Assembly (NCBI GenBank): GCA_965112155.1
Contig: OZ218098.1
DNA: 64,000 nucleotides
Strand: one strand, 5' to 3'
From: Podarcis liolepis
Taxonomy: Eukaryota
Every line of letters begins with the position of its first letter. The stretch's first letter is position 1. The position numbers were made by a program, and so were the translations under genes. Below, in pieces: positions 14,001 to 26,000 of this stretch. The notes under the pieces are model-generated. The model saw only the letters and a program-made list of their open reading frames with translations. It was not told the DNA's origin and searched no databases.

Positions 14001-17000
14001 CGATTGCTTCTGAAACAGTGAAGCATATTTTGATTTTGTTTTAACCACATTATTTCTTTACATTTCAGAGGTATGTTGGGGCTTGGAAATAAGACGATGT
14101 TTCACCACTGAACAGTTTCATACATCTTCTGGAACAATTATCCTCAGGTTCTCATTCCAAAGTTATACTACAATATGTTGCATTGCCAGCAATGTACATC
14201 CATTTTTGCTTTAAAGTAAGTGTGATCCTGTAACCAGAGTACTTTTTACCCGTTTTGTAAATTCACACCATTATACCAATATTAGCAAACTACAAGCACT
14301 CATTTCAGGGATAAATACTTCACTGAGCGTGCAGTACTCCAGCCTTGGTGGGCAGTTCATATTCCCTTAGAAGCTAACATCAAGAGACAGTGCATGCATA
14401 GCTTGAATTTCACCCCCCCTTAAACCACCCTTCCCAACCGGAACACATTCACAAATTCACATTACAGAAACTTCTGTAGGTGGGAACCCTGAGGTAGGAT
14501 TTGCTGTGTAAACACATTTCCAAGCCAGTTACCCCTTTGCATATTTTTCTGAGGGGGCATCCATAAATAATAAAAAAAACAGAAGCTCATACTTACATCC
14601 TATTCCATGTTACTTTCCAAGCTGTGTTTTTCATCTTGCATTAGTCACCATATGATCTCTATCATAATGGTGGGGGTCAATGAATAGATTAGCTTAATGG
14701 GAATTTACAGTTCTTCCATGCATCTAAATTTTGGTAAAGTCTGATAACCACTAACCTAATTTAATTTCACCCCCATTCTCAACTCAGAGCTATTAAATTA
14801 AATCTCAAGTTTAAATTAAGCAGCAGAGCTCAGTAAAACAGAGTTTGAATTATGTCTTACAACTGCTTGAATGATGTGGGGGCCAGAATGTTTTACGCAG
14901 CAGCCCAGTCTAATTATTGGATCTTATGTAAATGGTTTTAGCTGCTTTGGGTTAATTTTAAGAAAAGTGGGGTAGATGTGTTTGATTTTTTAATGTATTC
15001 ACACTGAGGAGACTGCAAGGTAGTCATTAGAAAATAAAAAGGACAAAATAAGACGATTTAAGTGGGATTTTGTCCTTAGTGGCTTTTTAGACACACATTA
15101 CGCCTACTATATGTGATATGGTCATGTGCTTTTAAATTTTCTAAAGGGGGAGGGAAACTGGATTTTGCAAAAACCTAATTTTGTATAAGGTACAAAAACA
15201 AGTATACTACCTTGTGCGTATCTCTGAATTTACTGATCTCTCGGGATATCAGGTCCCTTTTATCTTCTTCCATTTCAATAGCATTTATATCCTCCTGTAA
15301 GAGAGAAAGGGGGGCAGAACAGGAGACAGAATATTAAAACCCATCTGCACAGAAACAGGAGAACCAAAAGAAAAGCTGAAGGTTAGATGTTTTGTACCAG
15401 TCTTGTAAGAGATAAATAAAGGCCTTCTGCAGTACCAAACCTCACAGTCTGATGTTAAATGAATGAAAAAAAAAATTAGATGGACACGAGTCACAAATCT
15501 GGTAACTAGCAGTAAACATAGTCATTGTCAAAGCCTACAATGTAAACGAACCTTGGTGATGAGTGGATAGGGTATCAGTGGGGCCACTGGAAATCTGCGG
15601 AAAATCTGCGGAAAAATCCACGGAGATTTCTTTTTTAAAAAATAGATTGCACACTACTCTGGAAAAAAAACAATGTTCTGTATGTTTGCAGAATAAGCAA
15701 TATTGCATTGCTGTGACCGTAGGTCTGACTCAACAAAGTTACAGAAGAACCTCGCTAATTCTCCGTTTACTGATCTACTTCTCGGCAAAGGTTTGCTGGG
15801 TGCCACCTCACCCTGGCATGTCTCCATTTAAAATTGCAGAACATTAACATTCTAGGAAATCTTGCAAGCTAAGCTACGCTTGTTAAAAGTGGCCTTTTGT
15901 GGTACTATTATAAGCCTTGTTTTGTTTCTTACTCGCTAATTCGCAAAATTGTAATTATATCAAGGGGCGGGTTGCCAACAGTTACTGCAAATTAGCGAGG
16001 TTCCCCACATCTGAAATCAAGAGTCAGATTTCACTTGCCATTGCTTTTCCCCGCACTCTCAATTTTCCCACATTATCCCTCATCTTTTCAACCAACAGAA
16101 TGGGCAAGGGAACCAGTCACAATTATAAGCATTCAATAAAGGGGATAACAGTGCCTCAAAACCAGCTTTACACGGCACCCACCACAGTTTTATATACTTC
16201 CCTCCCCCCACCATGCACAGAGCTTTCTTAGTCCCACACTTCCCAACAGATAAGGGGATGAGAAGTCATGCTCGTGTCCCATGTTCATCCTTACAAAATA
16301 AAGATGCACTTCCACTATTTCAAGGGGCAGGAAGACAAGGACACAGTTAAATGTTTCATTGTTCTGATAGACCACACTAAATTTAAAACCCAGCTACATC
16401 AGCAAGGTGTGGCTACAGGTCACCCTAAAACTAGCAGTTATTAAAGGAGGAAGATCAATATTCAGTTCTTTTAACATGGGCTTCTAAAAAGTAACCTCTC
16501 AGTACCATTATGTCTCTCGATACCATTATATTCTTGATTATATACATAACACAATCCATAGCATGGATAATAACTTTTAAAGAGAGAGACATGGCTTGCC
16601 TATAAATAAGTGCAGAATGCAAAAAAAATCAGTGCAAGATTAAGTTAAGTGGAAGCTAAAGAACAGTGGGAGGTGCACTCACTCCCTGAGTGAGAAGCAT
16701 TATTTCTTGCACTGCCTTTTCATACACTTCACCAGCAGCCCAAGCTATCTTATTGCTTGCTATCAGCACAACATAAGGGAGAAAGTTAAGCTTAGTAAGA
16801 AAGGCTGCAGACAGAAACCAAAATTCACCCCCATCTCTTGCTATGAGTGGCAGGTATTAAGAGCCCATCATTGAAACAATCATGACGCATTTTCAAGGCT
16901 GGCATAATTACTACTAAGCTGTACCCTTTCCCCCCAGAGGAAAGCAAAAATTAGTGTAATCATCAGCAGGGTTATCCACAGAAGGGGGATTATAGCATTT

Positions 17001-20000
17001 TGGGTCAAATGTTACACTTATAAAGTATGGACGTCACTGGCCCAACAGCCAAATATTAACAAACCATTTTGTAACATCATGGCTTTCATCCCTCAAGGAT
17101 AAGAAAGAGCTTCTTAGCTATGTGCACAAACATAATTAAATCAGGACAGTGAAGAAGGGCTGCCAATCAGCTGAGTTGTGGCTATAACACCAGTGCAAAC
17201 CTCTATGACCCAGTGACTTAGGGCATTTAAGATGTCAAACATTACAGGCAGAATCTCTTTTAGGGTCTTAAAATCATCTCCCCATCTCAAAAAAACATTT
17301 TGCAATTACTTCAATACATGTATTTTAGAAGGGATGAAAGGCTGAATCAAACCTGCTGAGATTCAAACCTGTAGCTCCAAGAAGTCTAGGCATTTGTGAC
17401 CTTTGTGTTCACAGACCTACAACATCCACAGGGTTTGGCATCTAGAACTGATTTAATTTCAGTATGAAACATGAAAACTTCTGCTAACATCAAGGTTTGT
17501 TGATTTGTGTTCTCATCAGATGCTTTGAGCTAATGTATTGGCACAGGGTTTGGCCCTTATGTAGGGAGATGAAGTAAATCTGTTTGTGTCCAAAATCAAA
17601 ACACATACATCCTCCTTCTTTTCTTTTTTCTTCTTCCTGGGATGAGAGTCAGACTCTTGGGAGGGGGCATTGAGCTCGCTGGAATATTCCCGTATTAACA
17701 CTTCAATGGCCCCTTTAATTAGCTGGTCTCTTCTCTTTGCTTCTTCATCGAGGGCTTCGTCATCATCAGTTGTAGTTTCTGGCCTGGTGTTCTAAAGAAT
17801 AACACAAATCTTGAAGTCAAGCATATGGGACATAGCAGAACGGCATCCAAAATGTTTACTTCATATGAACTAAATAGGTCTATTACATGTAGCTAGCAAG
17901 TGGAAGTGTTAGGTGTACTTAACATCCTTACAATCAGCCTTTAACTACGGATTCTAGTAGGTCCTGGCTAGGGCTGGGCGATATCTGGTTTTCAACATTG
18001 TGCTATATCACCAGCTAAACATTGCAATATACTGATACATCACAAGGTCTGAAATAAGGATAGAGCTATGTAGAGGCATTGGCTGGCTTCAGTTTTCCCA
18101 CATTGGGATTTCTGCATAACTAACACACCCACACAGCCACACCCCATGATTCTCAATATATTGCCAGGTCAAAAATTATGAAACCGATATAATGATATGG
18201 ACTTCAACCAGTTTTGGATGGTATATCAATACGTTGCCCAGCCTTAGTCCTCACAAGAGTGATACACAGAATTTTTCAATTGGCAAACCCAGAAAGTTCA
18301 CATATATCCCCATCATTTTCTCAAGACAAAAGGCCTTCCTAGCACTCTACTACTTATTTTCATTGTTGGAAGACAAAGCTAAATTAATGACTAAAGCACT
18401 GCTTGTGCTGCAAGAATTCAAAATGTTTTATTTTGTACAGAACCAAACAGCTGACAAAGCTGCAGAGTGATCACACACAACAGCATTGCCTTCAGTAAAG
18501 ACCAGCTGAGTAGTGCTCGGCACTTGCTGCAGAAAGGTCCTCTGTGCATTTCTGGGAAGTGGTACCCAATAACTCCTGGGTGAAGAGAGCAGCATGCACT
18601 CTTGGGTGCTGCACAAAGGTGCATAAGATGCATTTAGGCAGCAAGATCCAACACTTTTCGTGCCTGCCAATCCTTTATAGCTAAGTCTCTTTTGGTTCCT
18701 CTGCCATACCACCTTCCTCCCAATTTTGAAGCTGGGGCGGTGGCAGGAACCACCACTCTACTGCTGAGATGTACCTTTCAAGCTGAGAATAATGCTTGCC
18801 ACTCATCACACATGACAGAGGGCAAATGAATTTGTTGAAGCCTGGCACAAACTTTAAAGAGAATGCTACACTACAATGTGTGTGCTCTCGGAAGAAATAG
18901 AAATAATTTAGTGTGGATTCATGTGATATTTTTATGCAGCAAGTACAACATAATACAGTGCAGGTTTCAAATTAATACGCTATGTCAGCAGTTATAGAAA
19001 TATTCTGTTCCGTAGGATTAAGAATGCTGTTCAACAAAGCGGAGAACACATACAAGGCAACACCGTACCAACCTACCCTTTGGGTCACACATTACCAAAC
19101 TTATACACAAAGTTTGTCTGCAGTATAAAACAGACTTTTGGATGTAAGTGGTCATACTGCACAATGACAATACATGTGTGTAAAATGCTTTAACATACAT
19201 ATCTGTAGACTGTCACTTCCACACTAGAATTGCTGAATTTCAATTTTCCGTGTAAGATGAATGTAACATAGACCTTAAACTATTAATAAAAACATTAATA
19301 TATACACAGTTGCCTACAAAACTTTAGTGATTATATATTTAAAGGCTTATAGCTTGCCTCTCGGAAGGCTCAAAGGGGCTCACAACAATTCTAAATCTAA
19401 AAATAAATAAATCACAGAATCAAATACAGTAAGAAATGAAAATCCCCACTTTCCTCCTTACAAATAGTAAATAGATAAATTCTCATCTGCACATAGAAGT
19501 ATGAATGACCTGAGGCCAAGTGACTTCAACTTGCTCCAGGCCATTCTCAGCCTATAGCCTGGCTGCAAGGAAAACCTAAATACAGAAAAAGAATGTGCAT
19601 ATTACATTTTTTAAAATCTTCCATCCCATCAAACATTTGTCACTGCTGTTGCTACTGAGGAGCAGTGGGAAAAAACAGGCAATGTCCTACCATGTTTTCC
19701 CTCCCTTTTTCATACACTTGTATTAAACTTAAATAATAAATTCTTGCCTTAAAAAGAGGGGATGGGAATCTCACCTGAGAATAAGAGATGGATGTCCAGT
19801 CAAATGCCAAGTGGATAAAGAGTGAATAGAAAAGAGACAGGCTTATGGAGAAGCAGTAGCTAAGAAGTAGGGGCAGGAGGGGATTTTCAGCTGGTGCAGA
19901 CGCTGCAATGTCAAGGAGGAACAGCCTGAAATGACCTAATAGGTAGTGCTGCTTAGGTGGTAGTAAAAGAAATTAAGGGGGTAACAGTATTAGTCAGGGA

Positions 20001-23000
20001 TGGAGCCAGACATCTGCCTTATTTAGTTTCTCCATATTTTAAGACAGCAGGAATTTATGGAGAGCTTTCTTGTCTGCTCATGTGAAATAAATGCAGTGGT
20101 ACCTCGTGTTACGTACTTAATCCATTCCGGAGGTCCATTCGTAACATGAGGCGCGCTTTTGCTAATGGCGCCTCCTGTGCCCCTGGAGCGCAACTTCCGC
20201 TCGCATCCTGGGACAAGGGGCATCTACTTCTGGCTTAGCGGAGTGTGTAACCCACAGTATTCATAAGGCGGATGGTACGTAACACGAGGTAGCACTGTAC
20301 TAAAATACTCTTACTTTACAGGCTGTGTATCAAAAGGGTAAACCCTGAACCCCTTTCTATGGCACATGGATAACTAAATTTAACTCATTAAAAGCTTTTA
20401 ACTACTTTATCACACAAACATAGAAAAAAGTTAACAATGCATTAAAACACTTATAAAGATGTTTCAGTGAGCGGGTTGGCTGTGTTTTGCTTCTGGTCTT
20501 TATTTCTCCCTTCCTTGCCCCAAGGACAAATTACAGTGGTGCCTCTCAAGACGAAAAGAATCCTTTCTGTGATTCTCTTCGTCTAGCAGTTTTTTCGTCT
20601 TGCGAAGCAAGCCCATTGACAGATTAGCGGATTAGCGGCTTATCTGCTGATCAGATCAGCTGATAAGCGGCTTGCGAAGCAAGCCCATAGGAAATTCGTC
20701 TAGCGAAGCACCTCCAAAACGGAAAACTCTTTCGTCTAGCGAGTTTTCCGTCTTGTGAGGCATTCGTCCTGCGGGGCACCACTGTATAGTGAATGGTGAG
20801 GCATGTATTCCTAACCAGGAGTCTGCTGAAGCTGCTAGAGTACAGCAACACTGCAAGCTATGCAAGATTGCTTAAGTTACTACAATTAAGAAAATGCACT
20901 ATATTTCACATCTTCTTTGGCTGAGCCTAGGCTACAGATTTACATCAAGATAAAAAAATTCTAAATATTTTGTGTTTTTCTCTCTCTAACATTATTTCAG
21001 AAAAGCTGTAGTATTAGGTAAGGTAAAGGTAAATGACCCCTGAACGGTTAAGTCCAGTCAAAGGCAACTACAGGGTGTGGCGCTCATCTTGCTTCAGGCC
21101 AAGGGAGCCAGCATTTGTCCACAGACAGCTTTCTGGGTCATGTGGCCAGCATGACTAAACCACTTCTGGCACAACAGAACACCATGACGGAAACCAGAGC
21201 GCATGGAAACATTGTTTACCTTCCTACCACCACAGTACTTATTTATCTACTTGCACTAGCATCTACTTTCTTGCATGGATCCAAACTGCCAACCTTCCGA
21301 TCGGAAAGCCCAAGAGGCTCAGTGGTTTAGACCCTTTAACACTGTATTATTAGCAGACAGCTTATTATTATATACATTTTTTAAAGTGAAATCACTGGTT
21401 GATAGGCAAGCCTGTAAAAAAATTCAAGGACTTGCAACTTGTGAACTTATTTGAAATTTTGATATAGTGCACCTGCGTGAAATGACTCACTTTCTAGACT
21501 GATTTCCTCATGTTTTGCATCTTAGCCAGGGCTGACTGTTCTTGGGACTATTATATGCCTCACTTCTTCCAATCTTACTATTTTCTCTTCTAAATACTTA
21601 ACTGGGAGGGTGTTTACAAATGTGATTTGACATGCAGTTTGTGGCTAGGTTCACCTGCTTGTGCTTGTTATGAAGCTATCACTTAAATGGTTAGGTTGAA
21701 CTATGGTGGCCTGAGAACATATATGGACACAGTGCTTGTTGGCAGAGGACATGCAAGCACATGTACAACTTTGTACATTAAGCAAAGCTTTTCATGCTGG
21801 CCATACCCAGCTGGAATCAGATTTTTTTTATTTTGGAGTTGGCAGACTCTGCTCTGGATCAGCAAGTCTAGCAGAGAGCAGGGCATCTGGTTTCCTCCTG
21901 AAAATGGTTGGGTTTGATCTGAGAGACTCCAGCTGCTCATCCCTTAACCTTCTTCTGTCAGCCAAAGTTTTATAATCCAGTTTCTCAAGCAGAAAGTGCA
22001 GTTTGTTGGGGATTTGAAGTTTACACTCAAATTCTGATCATGAAAATTAAACAAAAGAACAGTGCAACAGTCATCTGCAGAAAAGGTGTAATAAAGTCAG
22101 CATAGCAGGTTAAATTGCAACAGAGAATAAGCAAATCAGGTAAAAGAACCAAGAGCACTTAATGCCAATCCAATTTATTTGTAATTCAATTGTTTCCTGT
22201 CCCAGTTTAGCATAGTTACACACAACATACCCCATTGGAAGCCCTTTTCTTCGCTTTCCATTCATCTAGCTGAGCCTTCGTCTTGGCATCAACTTTCACA
22301 AGTAGTTTCTTTTCTCCAATTTGGAGATCATGTAGTAGCCTGAGCGCACGTAGTGTGGATTCTGGTTCTTTATACTCGCAGAACCCAAAGGCTAGGGAAT
22401 GAATAATTGAGATTTGTAAAAGCAAATTTTAAAAAATTATATATGCACATGCGAGCAACACTCACACACAATTGCCTTTAATGTCAACTATTTGTTTTAT
22501 GATTTCACCAAATATATGGCAGAACCTCAGTTAAAACACATTTTCAGCCCAATCCCATAAACCCAAGCAATTTCAATTCAGAGGATGAAGGCTACACCCA
22601 TCCTGTGCTGCTGCCTTTCATCTGGAATCCCATTACGGTCAGTTACTAGTTTTTCAAAAATACTAGGTTGCTGCAACATTTAACTGGCTGCATAAAGTTA
22701 CAATCCACTCTTCAGTAGTGGGGGAAGCTGGTTAGCATGGCAGCATTAATTCTCAGTGCTATGTTGGTACAGTACAATTGGGTAGCAAGCAGTACCAGAT
22801 CAAGGGCCCAGATCACCACTGATCTGCAGTGGAAGGCACAACTTGTGTTCCATCCGATACACTTATTGACTCACAGAATAGCTCAGAGTAAAAATAAAAT
22901 TAAGCCCTTGCTGCTGAAGCGTGGGCACTTCAGTAATTTAACCAAGCTTGCGTATATCCTCATAGCTATTAGAGGGAAAAGGAAAGGATATATACCTTGA

Positions 23001-26000
23001 AGTTTTCCAGATGCTCCTTGAACTCTCTTCCAACTCAAAACCAAGCCACATTTCTGTAAAATATTTTTAACATAATGTTTATTGAGGCAATTGATTTTTT
23101 ATTTTATTTTTTGCTACTCAGAAAACTTCTCTCACTCTTGAAAGTTCTCAATGTATTTTGTGTCAGTTGAGAAGACATCCTAAAAGAAATTAACACACCT
23201 AATAATTGTGGTGGCATCTAGTATTTTGTTATCACAACCCTGCTAATCATCATTATTTAACCTCTTCTACCACCTCCACAGACAGCTCCTTACTCCTTGT
23301 ACATAAAAGTTTGTCTTAAAACATATCCTCTATTATCTCTCAGTGGGTTTGATTATTTTTTAAAAGGAGAGGAAAAATAACCAGATTTTTTAAAATACTA
23401 AACAAAATTTCAAGTTACCACTTCCCTATTTATAAAGTGTCTCTTTAAAAACAACCTGGTTTAAAATGAAATATGAATTAAGAACTGTACTTCTATATAT
23501 TGATAGGGTTGCATCTTATAAAGCACGGTCGTACATTGGGAATTGCACTACCAAAATCTGGAGAATTAGGCGATACACCAGAGCAAATTCTGGGGTTTGT
23601 ATGTGGCTGGAAAGGGAAAAATCAAAATCAAAGTCTCATTCTGCAAATGGGTTGCCAGAATTGGATCTCACTTATAATTTCTTAAAACCCTACTAATCAT
23701 GATAATTTATGATCACTTGGTTGGTTAGGTCATGGTGCTGATAACACCAAGGTTGCAGGTTCGATCCTTGTATGGGACAGCTGCATATTCCTGCATTGCA
23801 GAGGGTTAGACTAGATGATCCTTAGGGTCCCATCCAACTCTACAATTCTATGATTCTAAAGGCTGCCCTATTCTGCAACCCTGGTGAGTTGAAGGTCTGC
23901 CATCTCCTTCCAAATACTCATTTCCTTGACTGAAGTCTTTGCAATAAGGCCCTGTTACATCTGCTCCTATTATCTGAGGCATAGCAATTAGATATGGTCT
24001 TTTCAGTAGTGGTGCCCCAGCTATGGAACATTTTTCCTAGACAGAAATATCTTTAAAACTTTACACAATGAAAACCTATTCTTTCCTGGATATTTGCCCT
24101 TCAAATCCAATTTGATTTAAGTTTTTTAATTGTGCCATTGTAACCCACTAGATAGGAATCTGGTTTTAATTTTGAAATTCATTTGTAGCTCATATTTGAT
24201 TTTTATTGTTATTGTTTTTATTTGCTATTTCAGTTTCTGATTTAATGTATATGTTTTAGTGTTCTCCACTAAAGAACATAAGGCCAGCCATCCTGGATCA
24301 GGCCACTGACCCATCTAGTCCAGGATCCTGTTCTCACAGTGGTGAACCAGCTGCCTATGGGAAATCTTCAAGAAGGACCTGAGAGCAACTGTACCTCTCC
24401 CAGCTTGTGTTACCCTTGACATACTGCTAGTGAAGGCATAGCCTAGCCTTATTTTCCATGAAAAGAGCTACTCCAAGAGTTTAGTTTGGTAACAGCCTAA
24501 ACTACATCCACCCACCACTGACTATCCTAACACAATGCAAACAGATTGGTAAATTAGTAAATTTGTACTTAAGCTTCAGGGCTGAAATAATATGTAGCAA
24601 TAATCTAGCATTTCATAGATTCAGGCAGCCCTGTATTGGGAAATTTTAAATGTCTGATGTTTCAACAATTTTTTATATGCTGTAAGCCGCCCACAGTGGC
24701 TGGGGAAACCCAGCCAGATGGGTGAAGTATAAATATCATCATCATCACCACCACCACCATCATCGAATTGTAGAGTTGGAAGGGACCATGAGGGTCATTA
24801 GTCCAACCCCCTGCAATGCAGGAATTTTTTGCATGTCTATTGGGGGTAGATTATTTATCTTTGTAGGGCCGCCCCTCATGTGTCATGAGATATGGTCTGG
24901 AGGGCCCTGATCTTGAGGGTGGACTTTCCAGAGGTATGGGGAAGAGGTGAGCTAAAAAGCCCTGCATGCATATGGAACACTTAACATGAAAGAATTTAGC
25001 TAACATTTTAAAGAATACAAAAAGTCAATGAAATCAATGAAAAATTAAGCAACACTAAAATCTCTAATCAACACAATGCAAGGTTGCTTTCTAAAAGGCA
25101 ATTCCACTTACGGCAAGAAGCTGTCGTATAAGCATGTCTGAAGCCTTTTCAGATATGTTGCCTACGAAAACAGTAGTAGTGGGACCGCTGTTTTCATCAT
25201 TTTCCTTGTTCTTTAGACCTGGATGTTCCTTTCTAACTCCCATATGTTTTCCAACCATTGACACGGTAGTTGGGACCAGAACCTGAAAAATGAGGAACAA
25301 ATACCTCTTGTGATTTTTTCCCCACTGCAACAATTAGTAAGTTTAAAAAGCACTGTTCCTAAGGTACCAAAAGCAGGAACTTAGCATTAATTATTTTTGC
25401 CTGAACAGATTAGCCTGCAAAGGAAATTTCATACAGTTCCTTTGAGTCGATTCTACTTCACAAATTGCAATACACGTGCTTTATAAATAAAAGCACACAG
25501 GAAATAACATATAAGTCAGGAACCTTGTATTTAAATGTGTTACACTGTTACAGCCTTGCAATTTTTCATGCGCATTCTTTTCAAATTCAAAGACGTCACC
25601 CCAACCATAGTTAGTGTCAGTGCAGATCCAATGATTAAACATGGTTAAAGCCAAAAAGCAAAAGGAGGTAGGACTTTGTTTTGGAGGAGGGTGGGTCATG
25701 TGTTCATGGGAATGGTTCCCAATTTGCTAACTATGATATGGGATCAGTACAGTGTTACATATACAGTAGGGAGAAGATGAACACAACTATGCTGTGTTTT
25801 AATATTTGATGCTGCTAATTGTGGCTTTATTGTTATTTATTTTAATGCTTTTTTATAAAGTTATCATTTAAATTAAAAAGATATTTACAGTGAACAGTGG
25901 CTTATGCGATACTTACAGTTGGTGCAGGAGCCATAATACCCATTGGCACAGGAATCATCGGTGTCCCTGTGAAATAAGAGGTTGCATTAATAGTCTCTGA

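Noticed and set aside
23715-23780. tRNA-Ile-like sequence
   Set aside because: Degenerate, lacks an acceptor stem, and is fused to a CR1-type tail, so it is a SINE head rather than a tRNA gene.
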